Assembly: GCF_030028105.1 (NCBI RefSeq)
Contig: NC_092393.1
Coordinates: 12,962,012-13,026,011 of the forward strand
Direction of reading: 5' to 3'
Source: Mobula birostris
Taxonomy: Eukaryota
DNA length: 64,000 nt
Part shown: one piece after another, positions 26,205 to 38,068 of the stretch
Layout of the letters: the number at the start of each line of letters is the position of its first letter
How positions within the stretch are numbered: position 1 is the stretch's first letter
Notes under the pieces: generated by a model
The model's database searches: none
What the model was told of the DNA's origin: nothing
What the model saw: only the letters and a program-made list of their open reading frames with translations
Translations under genes and position numbers: made by a program

Positions 26205-26370
26205 CCACACAAAATGCTAGAGGAACTCAGCAGCATCAATGGAAATTAATAAACAGTTGACATCGAATGTTCACTCCTTTCTGTAGACGCTGCCTGACCT
26301 GCTGAGTTCCTCCTGCATTTTATGTGTGTTGCTTTGGATTCCAGCATCTGTAGACTTTCTCAAGTTTATT
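26205..26370. mobile_element. Fold-back PLE terminal element
   Basis: cacacaaaatgctagaggaactcagcag ... ctgctgagttcctcctgcattttatgtg inverted arms. Confidence 0.8.
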
Positions 26371-26864
26371 ATTTCTACTTTGCTTCTTAGATCAGTATTC
26401 CATTACCATGGTTACAAAACACAGATTTGAAACAAAACGCTTAACTGCTAACCTATCTGATAAGCTCTTGTTGATTCAGCAAATTGAAACTAGAAACTGG
26501 GAACATTGGTACCTCTTTTTTGGGAAATACAGTGACCTTAGGGTATGAAATGTGGTGAGCATATGCATTAGTGGAGGCAGTGCTGGAGATGCCATGCTAC
26601 TGAGACTGTGTGAACAGACAGCAGACAGCTGGGGAGGTCCATGGCTCACACAGGTCATGATCTTCACTCAGCATACAAATCCATGCTGCTATTTTGGAAC
26701 TCGTTGCCTCAACTAATGTCCTGACTCAACGTCCCTTCAGCAATTGGAAGGGCCATTCTTCTGCAATGCAATTTAAAGAGCACCTCTGCTGTTTAATGTA
26801 TAGGGTTACATAATCATACAGGAATTTGGCCCGCAATGTCTATGCTGACCAGTTACATTCATCC

Positions 26865-27305
26865 TACATTGTGAGCAGCTTTGGGCCCCATATCTAAGGA
26901 AGGATGGCTCAGAGCAGGTTCATGAGAATGATTCCAGGAGTAAAAAGGTCAACGTATGATGAATATTTGCTGGCTCAGGGCTTGGGGGGACCTCATTGAA
27001 ACCTATCGAATATTGAAAGGCCTAGATAGAGTGGACACAGAGAGGATGCTTCCAATAGTGGCCAGAGGCACAGGCTCAGAACAGAAGGATACCCCTTGAG
27101 AACAGAGATGAGGAGGAATTTCTCCACCCAGGGGGCTGTGGAGGCCAAGTTATTGGGTATATTTAAAGTCGAGTTGATCAGTAAGAGCATCAAAGGTTCA
27201 GGGAGAAGGCAGGAGAATGCATTTGAGAGGGAACATAAGTCAGCTATGATTGAATGGCGGAGTAGACTCAATGGGCCAAATGGCCCAATTCTGCTCTTAT
27301 GGTCT
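26865..27305 (+). mobile_element. CR1 LINE 3' fragment
   Basis: RTEMRRNFSTQ.. coding end and tail aatggcccaattctgctcttatggtct. Confidence 0.85.
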
Positions 27306-27859
27306 ACACTGATCCTGTGTCACTCTTCCCACACTCCCATTGACTCCTCCCTGGAGGTTCCACACAGCTATACACTAGGGGCAATTTACAACACCAACCC
27401 ACACACTTTGGTAATACAAGTGGAAGAACACAATACCAGTAAAACTCTAGTCAGACAGCACGCATCAGAAATAAGGATTGAACATGGGTCATTATACCAC
27501 TTTAGTTACTACATGACTTCCACTGACTGTTGTAATGAATCAAGAAGTGCTTCTTCCTTCCTATGTTTCCTTTAAATTTCAAAAGGGTGCTGCACTATTC
27601 ACTATGTTGAGAAATGGAGATATTAGTGACTATTGTCCCCAGAACATGGCGTGGCCGGGAGGATGAGCAGACAGCAGGCAGACCAGGACAAGCTTGCAAC
27701 TGAGGGACGACAAGAGATCTGATAAGGAGTCAAAGCCTTTCAGTTCTTTGAGAGGTACTGTGCTTCAAAACGATGCCCACTCATATTATCTGCTTTTGCC
27801 ACAGAGCAGATAATTGACATTCATTGTTAAGGTGTGTGGAGATGACCATGTATGTAATT

Positions 27860-28200
27860 TGTCTCTCCTAGGCTGGAGCCAGAAATATTTGAAATATTTT
27901 GGAGTTGTCTCTCCAATATTGTGTGGGATCACTGGAGCTCTATTTTCAAAGAAGTCTAACATTTTTATCTTCCCTCACTGGAGACCAGGTGGCAAGAGAG
28001 CATGCAGCTTTGCTCAGAATTGCAGGGTTTCCCAGGATGTACGGTGGCATTGACAGCTGACTGGTTCTACAATGTGACCATACGCAAAGAAACATGTGAA
28101 TCAATATCCGGAACCTTGGCATTCTCCTCATCATGCTCAGCTGATTCTTGACAGTGAACTAAAGGCTGGCTATTAGGTGACAATGCCTGAAGATGTACAG
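27860..28200 (+). pseudogene. Fossil PIF/Harbinger (HARBI1-like) DDE transposase fragment
   Basis: ITGALFSKKSNIFIFP, IAGFPRMYGGID, CDH..NI..., GWLLGD in the expected order across frameshifts and deletions. Confidence 0.65.
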
Positions 28201-29199
28201 CTGATTCCGCTGGAGTCCAATCAACACAAATCTGCCTCAATGTGCATACGGGTCCTCTCCGCCATAGGGTCTCATTCCCAAGGATTGTTGATAACACAAT
28301 CAGTTTGCAAATTGACATGTGGCTGTCAGGCCATTTATTTAAAAAATGTACAGGTGGCTAGCCAAGGACAACATGCAGTTAAACCAGGGTATTAAGCTAA
28401 AACATTCAGATTTTGCCACAAGCCAGGATCCCACCCGGCAGAAGATGCCAGCAGCCGTGCAGCAGCGGGTAAATCCATACCACCCATCTCCCACACGTAT
28501 GGACTTGTACGTATGGACTGTACACAAATCTGGTGTTCTTAACCTGGACAAGATCTGTACAATGAGTGCCACGTACCTTAAGAGATGTAAGGGAACCGAC
28601 CACAGGTAACCTGAAAAAGCAATTCTGTTGCTGCAACCATTCTGGAAGAACCCTGTGTTAGTCTGCAAGGTAGGTTCCAGCATTCAGAAAGATTATTTGA
28701 TACCGAACATCCGGGTTGCCAAAGTCCTTTACTTATCAGGACTTCCTTTATTTGGAGAAGAGTAATTAGCTCAATATGGGATCAGAGCAAAATGCCTTTT
28801 TCCATTTGGGTTCCCTTATCCATGCACTTGACCATGACAGGTACATTTTCCTTACCAATGCACATGATGGCTTCAGACCTGGAAAGGCCCTGCAGTCATG
28901 GTTCAGTAGTGGGAAATATCCCTGCTGACTGCAAAAGGAAACGTATACTTTCATAGGTTCCACGTAAATCACAGTGGAGACCATGGAAAGCAATCAGGGT
29001 CCCAGCAAACTCCACCCACAAGAGGCCCTACCCCTCACCCATTACCAACATCGCAGCAGCAGCCAGCAGTTGAATCTCGATCCAGGACATCTGGGGACAA
29101 CCACAGCGCAAAAATAAAACCAATCACAAGAGGAAATTACAAGCCAAATGTATAAAATAAACTACATTGAACAACGCATGAAAGTCAATTAGTCTTTCT

Positions 29200-29575
29200 G
29201 TGATTCTTTTTATTTACTTGTTTACAGGACATGGATACAGCTGCACATACCAGCAGTTATTGTCCATCTCAAATTAACCCTGAACTGAGAAGACAGTAAT
29301 GGGCCAGCACGTAGCTGGGTCTGGAAACATGTATATGCCTCACCAGACAAGGATAAGTTTTCTTCTCTGAAAATATTTCACAAACAAAATGTATTTTGGG
29401 GTAATTGTTGTACTTTTCATGATTGCCATTGTTGAGGGTAGATTTTTGTTTTAGATTCTGGATTTCTTTAGTTACTTAAAGTCAAATTTCTCAGCTGCTA
29501 TGTGGAATTTGAAATCATGTTCGTCAAAACAATGTTCAATTACTGATGCTAGTCCAGTAATTTAACCATGTGCCA
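29200..29575 (-). mobile_element. Old chondrichthyan SINE (same family as 11675)
   Basis: gctagtccagtaat..; ttattgtccatctcaaattaaccctgaactgag. Confidence 0.55.
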
Positions 29576-29629
29576 ATAGCCTAAAGCTTACTGCTGATCA
29601 CATTGCCAATTTTGTAATCTCCAGCAAAT

Positions 29630-29958
29630 CTCTTAATTGTTGGGCCCTTAGCTCTCAGTGAAGCATAGGCCACTGGTGACCTCCCAGATCCATCATCCTC
29701 TCTTCTGAGACAGTCTTTCAATGGTGGGCCAGGAGTGTCCCCATCGTCTAATTTCAGACAATATCTCTTCGTGTTTTCTTTGGATGTCCCTTTTTCCCCT
29801 TTCCTTGGGTATTCCTGCTTGGTGATCTTGTTGGTTGGCTTCCTCAAGGTGTGGCCAATCCACCTACATTTTCGTTGGCATATTTGTATGTCTGTGGATT
29901 CCTGGTTGATGTTTTCCCACAGTGTCTGGTTGGTTACTCTTAATCCTTTGCCTTGCAT
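29630..29958 (-). mobile_element. RTE-clade LINE 3' fragment inserted in an older CR1 remnant
   Basis: VTNQTLWENINQE..IQICQRKCRWIGHTLRKP..ITKQ (RTE C-terminal motif); flanking sequence encodes FAGDYKIG (decayed CR1 FADD). Confidence 0.8.
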
Positions 29959-30611
29959 TTAAGTTCAAATCCTGAAAGTATATTGCAAAAAGCAAGGGAC
30001 CTGGTTAAGAGACTTGAGGAATCCAAATGCACACATAACTCCAAACACTAAAACTCCTGTTGGCTATTACCCATTAAATTTTTCTACTGAGATAGTTTTT
30101 AATCCAACTTGTCACTCACTTTTGGACACTTGAATTTCTTGATCAATCTGCCATGTGAGATTTAGTCAAAAGCCTTATTACCAGAATCCAATTGCCCCAC
30201 ATGAAATGTACTCTCCTTATCAGTCAGCCTCGTAGCCTCTTTAAAGAATGTAATCATCAGTGAGACAAATTAACAATTCCACACTGACTTCTCTTGATTA
30301 GCCCTTTAAAGTGCTGAGTTAATATGGACTCAGAAAAGTACTGATATATTGCCCAGTTACATAGCCAAGCAGACTCACCTGTAGTTACTTCATTTTAATA
30401 ATTTTTCTTCCTTAAGTTATGATACCACATTGACCACCTATCAGTATTCCAGCACTTATAATCTACACAGAATGGTGGAGAAGAAAATATCAGAGTCCTT
30501 GCTTTTATTATGATTCTGGGAACATCTTATTGAGTGAATGAAAATCATAAAAAATCTGATGCTGAAAATCTGAAATAACAACAGAAAATGCTGAAAACAC
30601 TCAGCATGTCA

Positions 30612-31500
30612 TAGTGGCATAGTGTCATGACAACAATCTTTCCCTCCATGTCAACAAAACAAAAGAGCTAGCCATTAACTTCAGAAATGTAAGGAGGTCA
30701 ATGTGAACAGGGATGGGGGAGCTCCTTAACGTTGCTGGGTTCTAGTTGTGAGCATAACCAATAGCCTGCCCTGATCCAACCATGTTGATGTCACTGTCAA
30801 GAAAACTCACCAATGCCTCTACTGACCCAGGAGCCTAAAGAAATTTGGCATGTACCCACTAACTCTTACCAATTTTTATTAATGCAACATAGAAAGCATT
30901 CTGTCCTTATGTATAGCAGCTTGGTATGGCAACTGCTCTGCATGGGACTGCAGGAAACTGCAGAATTGTGGACACAGCTCAGCACATCACCCTGAGCAGC
31001 TTTCCTCTATGGCAGGGGCTCCCATCCTGGTGTCCGCAGACCCATTGGTTAATGGTGAGGGTCCATGGCATAAAAAAGGATGGGAAATCGTGCTGTATTG
31101 TCTGTCTTCTTCAGTAAAGCAGCCAGTGTAATCGAAGACCGATACATCCCAAACATTCTTTATCCAACCTTCTCGCATCGGAGGGAAAGAAAAAAGCCTA
31201 AAAACACATACCACCAAGCTTCGGGCAGCTTCTACCCCACTGTTATAAGGCATTTGAATTGTCCTCTTATATGATAAAATGGACTCTTGACCTCACAATC
31301 TACCTCATTATGATTTTGCACTTTATCATTTACCTGCATTGTACTTTTTTGGAAGTTTTTACACTTTATTCTGCATTGTTTTTGTTTTACATTACTCTAG
31401 CTCAATGCACTGTGTAATGATCTGATCTGCATGAGCAGTATGCAAGACAAGCTTTTCACTGTATCTTGGTATATGTGACAATAATAAATCAATACCAAGA
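30612..31500 (+). mobile_element. Rex1/Babar-type LINE, degenerate
   Basis: WCHDNNLSL.V.KTKEL-like start, SFYPTVIRHLN end, gtgacaataataaatcaatacc tail. Confidence 0.8.
31013..31092. mobile_element. 80-bp hAT (Charlie-like) MITE
   Basis: Imperfect TIRs caggggctcccatcct / aggatgggaaatcgtg; 8-bp TA-centred TSD ctctatgg / ctgtattg. Confidence 0.7.
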
Positions 31501-31620
31501 GCAAGATCAGGTAATATCTATTACCCAGAACCTACGCAAAAACAAGCAAAGAGTTGCTTGAATTTCCAGCATCTGCAGAATTCCTGTTGTTTGCGAGCAA
31601 AAGCAAGGCAGTTTAGGTTG

Positions 31621-31797
31621 TATCCCTCTCCCTCCTGTCTTCTCCTATAATTTTGGATCTCCCCCTCCCCCTCCCACTTTCAAATCTCTTAATATCTCTT
31701 CTTTCAGTTAGTCCTGACGAAGGGTCTCGGCCCAAAATGTCGACTGTACCTCTTCCTATAGGTGCTGCGTTCACCAGCATTTTGTGTGTGTTGCATG
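31621..31797 (+). mobile_element. Short PLE terminal-repeat insertion with CpG-decayed HHR
   Basis: agtcCTGACGAagggtctcggcccAAAATGTCgact; exact 11-bp TSD agtttaggttg (31610-31620, 31798-31808). Confidence 0.88.
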
Positions 31798-32829
31798 AGT
31801 TTAGGTTGGAGGAAAGGTTGGAGATGGGGTTGACTGGAACAAAAAAAGAAAACCTCTGGTAGGGTAAGACAGGATGACAATATAGCAGTTAAAGTAAGGA
31901 GAAGATCTGAGGAAGGTTTTTAACCACGTTTGAAAAGTATGGAACTCTAATATTTGCATCTTAATACGACAGATTCTTTTTCCTTATTTTCTATTATTTT
32001 CTTCTTCTTTTCCATGATTTAATTTTAAATGATGCGAATACCTTCCACCTCATACTCTAATGGGACCAACTCTTTCCTTTCTTATGCTCTTTCGCTTCAC
32101 AGAGTAATAAAACATCCTGGGATTTGGTTTAATTTCACAAATATATTTTCTTCAATTCTCAGTGCCTTTCCAATTTCCTGTTTAAGTTAATCCTGCATCT
32201 GCTACAATTCTCTAGGCTTTTTACAGCATTGGTTTTTTTATATTTGTCATAGACTTACCCTTTTTCTAACCTTCTACACTGTATACTCAACATACAAATT
32301 GAGATCTGGAACAATCCCCTTTTCTTTCAGAGAGACCATATTGGGGCCTGAGATCTCAGGATCTCCTCTTCAAATGGCTCTCACTGCTCTGACACTAATT
32401 CACCTTCAGGTAATTGTCTTCGGTCCATTCTGGTTCAGTTGTACCTCAGCCCACTGAAATCAACCAAGCAACAATTTGATGCTTTTGCTCCTGGTTTATA
32501 TTTGTCTTTTTCTATTATCATGGGAAAAACTATCTGAGTTTCAGTTCCTCATGGAATATGCTCTCCCACAGAACAAAGGTAAAAACGACCCAGAAGATGA
32601 CCCCAAGCGGCTGAAAGGACCCAGATGTGGTTTGTACCTTCCAGATGTGGGCAAATGTAGTCTGGGATGGAACCTCTGGCAGAGTAGTAGAGGTGGAAAA
32701 CAAAAATCTGTCTTGTGCACTGAAGCATTACTGCAGCTGACTTGGAGACTCCTCAAATCCTTGTCATCTATTGGTGGAATGGCTTTACCATCTACAAGCC
32801 CCTTTGCAAATTATAATCCAAGCTGACAA

Positions 32830-33185
32830 GAATCTTATGATGGCAGCTCATTCCACGTACCCACCAACCTTTGTATGAAAAAGTTGCCTCTCGAGAATCC
32901 CTCTAAATATTTCCCCTCTCATTTTAAAACACTGACCCTTAATTTTAGACTTCTTTTTCCATAGAAAAATGACTATCTACCATATCCACACCTCTCATGT
33001 TTTATATACCTCTATAAGGTCACCCTTCATCCTCCTATGGTGTAGGAAAAGAAGTCCCAACCTGTTTTGTCTCTCCTTATAATTCAAGCCCTCCTGTCCA
33101 GGTATCATACTCATGACTTATTTTCTGCATCATTTCCAGCTTAATGATATCCTTCCAATAGCTGGACGACAAAAGTTGCACAAAA
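32830..33185 (-). mobile_element. CR1 LINE 3' region fragment (older CR1 remnants extend to ~31900)
   Basis: cattccacgtacccaccaacctttgtatgaaaaagttgcctc..ttttatatacctctataaggtcaccc. Confidence 0.7.
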
Positions 33186-33402
33186 TCTCATGAGAGCAGT
33201 TGTGTTGAAATTTACTTGATGATTGGGTATCCTTTTTGGGAAAAAACGGCTAGTCTGAGCAATGGTGACCCTGAAACCAACAGATTATCATAAAGTTCCA
33301 TCTCGTTCACTTGTCTCCTTCTGGGAAGGAAATCTGTCAAATTTCCTGGGTCCACCCTGTAGGTGACTTTGAACCCACCAATGCAATTGACTCTGAAACT
33401 CT

Positions 33403-33720
33403 TTCAAAGTTCAAAGTAAATTTATTATCTAAGTGCATATATGCACTATATACAACCTGACTTTCATTTTCTTGTGGGCATACTCTATAAATCTATATTA
33501 GAATAATAACCATAATAGAATCAATGAAAGACCACACCAACTTGGGCATTAAACCAGAGTGAAAAGGACAACAACTGTGCAAATTCAAAAATAAAGAAAT
33601 CATAATAATAAATAAGCAATAAATATCAGGAACATGAGATGAGGAGTCTTTCAAAGTGAGTCCATAGGTTGTGGGAACAGTTCAGTGATGGAGCAAATGA
33701 AGTTGAGTGATGTTATCATG
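33403..33720 (-). mobile_element. Rex1/Babar-type 3' UTR fragment inserted in an old SINE
   Basis: ttcaaagttcaaagtaaatttattatc tail; homologous to the 3' UTR at 8050-8710. Confidence 0.75.
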
Positions 33721-33782
33721 AAATGGCTCAGTAAATAACAGTTCAAAGACCTTTGTGGATGGGCAATAAATTCTGCTTTTGC

Positions 33783-33990
33783 TAGCAACAGTCTGCTGGA
33801 AGAGTCTGCAAGTAAAGCACCATCTCTAGGAGGAAAGGGATTGTCGATGCTTTGGATCAGAATGCAGAAACCTAATGCAGGATTTTGACCCAAAGTATTG
33901 ACAATTCCTTTCCTCCCTGAGATTCTGTTTGACCCTCTGATTTCTTCCAGCAGAATATTTGTTGCTCCAAATTCCAGCATCTGTGGTTTT
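33783..33990. mobile_element. Fold-back PLE terminal element
   Basis: agcaacagtctgctggaaga ... tcttccagcagaatatttgttgct inverted arms around decayed HHR motifs. Confidence 0.75.
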
Positions 33991-34431
33991 TTATATCACC
34001 ATAATTCTGCCAATGTTGTCCAGATTCCAAAAAAAATAATATATTTAACTACGGTGCCTGGTGTGAAGCCTACACACCTGTGGTCAAACATCATTGTCTT
34101 GGTTCATATCTTCCCACCAAGATCTCCAGTGTAGTGTTCAACTATCTTGTAGAGCAGTCTCTCTTCCACACTGAGCAATACTTGATTGTGTCCAAGGTCA
34201 GGATCACTCCATGAAGAGTTCCTCAGTATGGGAGAGAGCAAGCTACAAGGTCAATGAACTCTGGAGACTGCCAGTTCTTGTTCCTGCCACATTACATCTG
34301 CACTTTGATCAGCACAGGAGTCCCTCACCCACTGACGTTTGTCAAACAACTGCAGCTCCAATCTTGTTACTGCTCAATTTATTACTCACCTGCCAGCAAT
34401 CTTTATGACATGACTCAATTATGCTTCACCA

Positions 34432-34617
34432 TCATAGTCTTAGAACAGTGGCAAACATCACATCTGATGGTGCATAAGGCGAAGAGACATGATGGGTGGA
34501 TGCTGAAGTAATTGAAATGAACAGACTGCACAAAGCTGTCATGTCATATATCTTGTGGTTGATACATGTGGGTGAATTGTGCAGTACTATTCTATGTTCA
34601 ATGCCGTATCTTCTCAT
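34432..34617 (-). pseudogene. Possible fossil Gypsy/Ty3 integrase core
   Basis: RYGIEHRIVLHNSP ... HHVSSPYAP aligns by eye with RYGIP..IVSDNGP ... H.TSSPYYP. Confidence 0.35.
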
Positions 34618-35774
34618 AGGCTTGTTGTTAGTTCTGCCATCTTAGGAGACCTATCACCAGAACTTAATACCTATTCTCCTTCTCTCTGACAGTCCAAATA
34701 TTGTTCCTTGTGGATGAAAAAAAAAGAATCTCATTGTTAAAATCAATAAACCTAGCAGGCCATGCAACCACTAATGGGGCATTATCATACAATCGATTGT
34801 GTTTGTTTTACAAAAAAGTCTCATGAAATCTATCTGCCAATCATTTTCCTATTCTGAGAACATGCTATAAAGTTTTTTTTAAATGTTTAAGAGCTGACTC
34901 CTTAACAATTACATTGTTTGTTAGAGCAAGGATTCTGCTCTCATCTCTAGGGAATGTTTAATGACCAGATTTTAAAATAAAAAATATCATCCTTGTAAAA
35001 AGACATGTTCTTTCTATCTGCTCCATTTCAGGTCACATCATTTACATTGTGCCAAATCCCAAAAGCTTGTCCTTGTTTTTCTAGCTTGGCTTTGTCTCAG
35101 ATACACAGACAATCGATAATGCTATATTTATCAGACCTGTCCAAGATGGTAGATAAAGTAAGACACAAGACAAATAATAGATAACACAATGTGGTTTAAC
35201 AAGAGGGAGAAAATGGAAATGTTAAATATCTGAAGTTTAATGTACAGAGTTTTGTTTAACGAAACAAAAAGATAAATTTATATTACAGGCTGAATATTCC
35301 TTCAGAAGGGGTTAAGATTTCATTGCTTTGAAGTAGCCGTTAAGCCAATGACAACAGGAGCCTTGGTATTGAAAAGAGCAGGTACAATAGGTTGTCTAGA
35401 CAAGACGGGATTTGAACATTGGTCTTATGTGACATTAAACCATTAGTTTTCTGAAGAATGATGTACATTTGAAATGCAGATCAGTTAAAGTAGTTGCTTC
35501 CCTTGCTGAAATATAAAAGGTCTTAATATAAAAGGACAAATGTTTTAGAGCCAAAGTAACTGGAATATCATGGAATCTCTACTTGGTTAGCTACTTTGAT
35601 GAAAAATACTGGTTGATTTAAAAGGTGGACAAGATGTACTTTCAGTGGTCAGCAAATGTCATCAGGAGTGGGCCACTTCAGAGCAAAACAAGAAATTATG
35701 AGTAAAGGCTCCCTGTGCTAGACTTTCAGAAATCAAACAGGTACTGTTGATGCTGAAAGGCTGGCAGGTAAACT

Positions 35775-37800
35775 GAAAATATTGGTAATACTCCACAGAT
35801 CAGGCAGCATCTGCAGAAAGAGAAACAGTTAACAGTTCAGGTGGAGGACCCTTCATCAGAAGCAGGAAACAAGCAAGTTGCATGCTGGGTGGAGAGAGAT
35901 AGAAAGGACCATTCCCTATCTTGCAGCACCTCCCAATGCAGACCATAGTAGTGAAACATCTCTCCTCACCCCTTCCCACCGCTCAGAGACCAATTCAGTC
36001 CTTTTGGATGGAGCTTCTTCCAGTCTAGTGAGCTGCATTCAATGCCAAATGAGGTTTTTCCTCAACATTGGAGAAATTTGAGTGACGGCTTTGAAGAGCA
36101 CTGAAAAGGTTATTGATAAACTCCAGCCCCAGTCTCTGCTGCCTCCACCTCCAGGCTGAGATCTTCCTCGCTGCTGTTGGGCCTCTGGTCTCCACTTCCT
36201 CGGCTACCACTCTCCAACCTCAGGGCTTTCAGGCTTCCCCATCACCTCTTGGATCTTCAGAGCCTCCAACTTCCTTCTTCCTTACCTTCCCTAAACACCC
36301 CAAACCCCAAACCTCCCCATCCTCTGATGCCACCTACTCTCCTCTCCCCTCCAATCCCTGCCGTGTTTTCACCATTCCCTCTGATGTTTCCCTCTCTCCG
36401 GTGGAATGCTCTGTCCTCAGTAAGGGCCTTACCTCTGCACCTCAGTGAGTTCCACGCTGCCACAGCACTGAGCTCTTCTTCCATTGCCTCTATCTCGATC
36501 CCACTTCTTTGGCAAGAATTCCCCATCTCCAACACTTCTCTTTTTCTTGGACACCATGCCCTGGATCTTTTCGCCTCAAATTTCTAACAAGACATCAACC
36601 TGCTCGACTTCAGTACTCCTCACTCCTCCTCACACCTTACCTCCTTCCTCTGAACAACTGCCCTCCACTCTCTCCACACCAATTACCACCTTACCATTAA
36701 ACCCACTCAAAGTGGGTGTGGTTGTGGTGTGGTGAACTGACCTCTCTACCCTGTTGAGACCAGGCGGCAAAATTTCGGACACCTCCTCTTACTTATCCCT
36801 TGAAAAAGACCCCATTCCAGACCATCAGACCGCTGTCTTCTGCACCATCACTAACCTTATCAACTCTGGAGATCACCCGTCCACTGCCACCAAACTCATA
36901 GTTCACTTACCACGCACTGCTCATTTTTTACCTCCTACCCAAGATCCACAATCTGATTGCCCATGTCAGCCCATTGTCTCTGCCTGCTCCTGCCCCACTG
37001 AACTCAAGAATGCCTTAAAGCTTTCTGTTTTTATCTCAACAAAAGACCCAACCAGTTCCCCTCCACCACCACCCTCCTTCATGTGACAGAACTGGTTGTC
37101 CCCCTCTATTATTTCTCTTTCTGCTCCTCCCACTTTCTCCAAACTCAAGAGGTAGCTATGGGCACATGCATGGAACCCAGCTATGCCTGTCTTTTTGTTG
37201 GGTATAGGGAAAAGTCCATGTCCCAAGCCTTCCCTGGTAATGGTCCCAACTCTTTCTATGCTACATTGACAATTGTATTGGTGCTGAGTTCATCAAAATC
37301 ATCAACTTGGCCTCCAATTTACATCCTGCCTTTAAATTCACTTGGTCCATTAAAGATACCTTTCTCCCCTTACTCGATATCACTGATGATCTCTGGAGAT
37401 AAAGATCTCTTTCCCATGGCTAACTTGACTATACCTCTTTCCATACCTCTCCTGTAAAACTCCAATCCCTTTTCTCAGTTCCTTCATCTCCACCGCATTT
37501 GTTCCGAGTATGAGTCTTTCCTTTCCAGGACATCAGAGATCCCTCATTTCATTGCAAAGGACCATGTTCTCTCTCCCTTTCTGGCCCAGTTAACTTATGG
37601 GCCAACTTATCCCCACAGCAATCCTAACTCTCTTTCACAGAGTTATTCCCTATCTGAACTACCCTCACTACACTCAATGCTATTTTCTTTCCTTTATTCC
37701 CAAATTTACTGAAAAGTTTGAATCTGTTTCTTCTGATTCTCTATCATTAGATGCTGCCTGACTTGCGGAATGTTTCCAACATTTTCATTTTTTATTTTAT
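35775..37800 (+). mobile_element. Penelope-like element, degenerate, with inverted 5' terminal segment
   Basis: CRVFTIPSDVSLSPVECSVLSKGLT (RT N-terminus), PIVSACSCPTEL, VAMGTCMEPSYACLFVGY, SIPFSQF; minus-strand terminal repeat with HHR remnant at 35775-35860, plus-strand terminus at 37700-37800; GIY-YIG-like piece at ~36025-36105. Confidence 0.88.
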
Positions 37801-38068
37801 ATGTTTTGTCCGTAGATTCATTAGTTTACAGAAGATAACCTGTTAAAATGCTTAAAAGGCAGAGGAAAACACAAGGGCTGCATAGGAAATCTAGAGAAGA
37901 AGGGTATATGTTAAATTTACAACCAAGAAATTCTTTAGGTTGTTTGGAAAAGCCTGATATATTTTCCTTACATCATGCACACACAAAGCCTTTCATACAA
38001 AATCAACTGGAAACATCAAATTTAAGATTAATAGACCTTTAGTACAAACATAGATAAGTGTATTAAAG

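Noticed and set aside
34380-34445. Perfect minus-strand splice donor CAG|GTGAGT as a coding exon end
   Set aside because: Stop codons in all three frames within ~50 nt upstream
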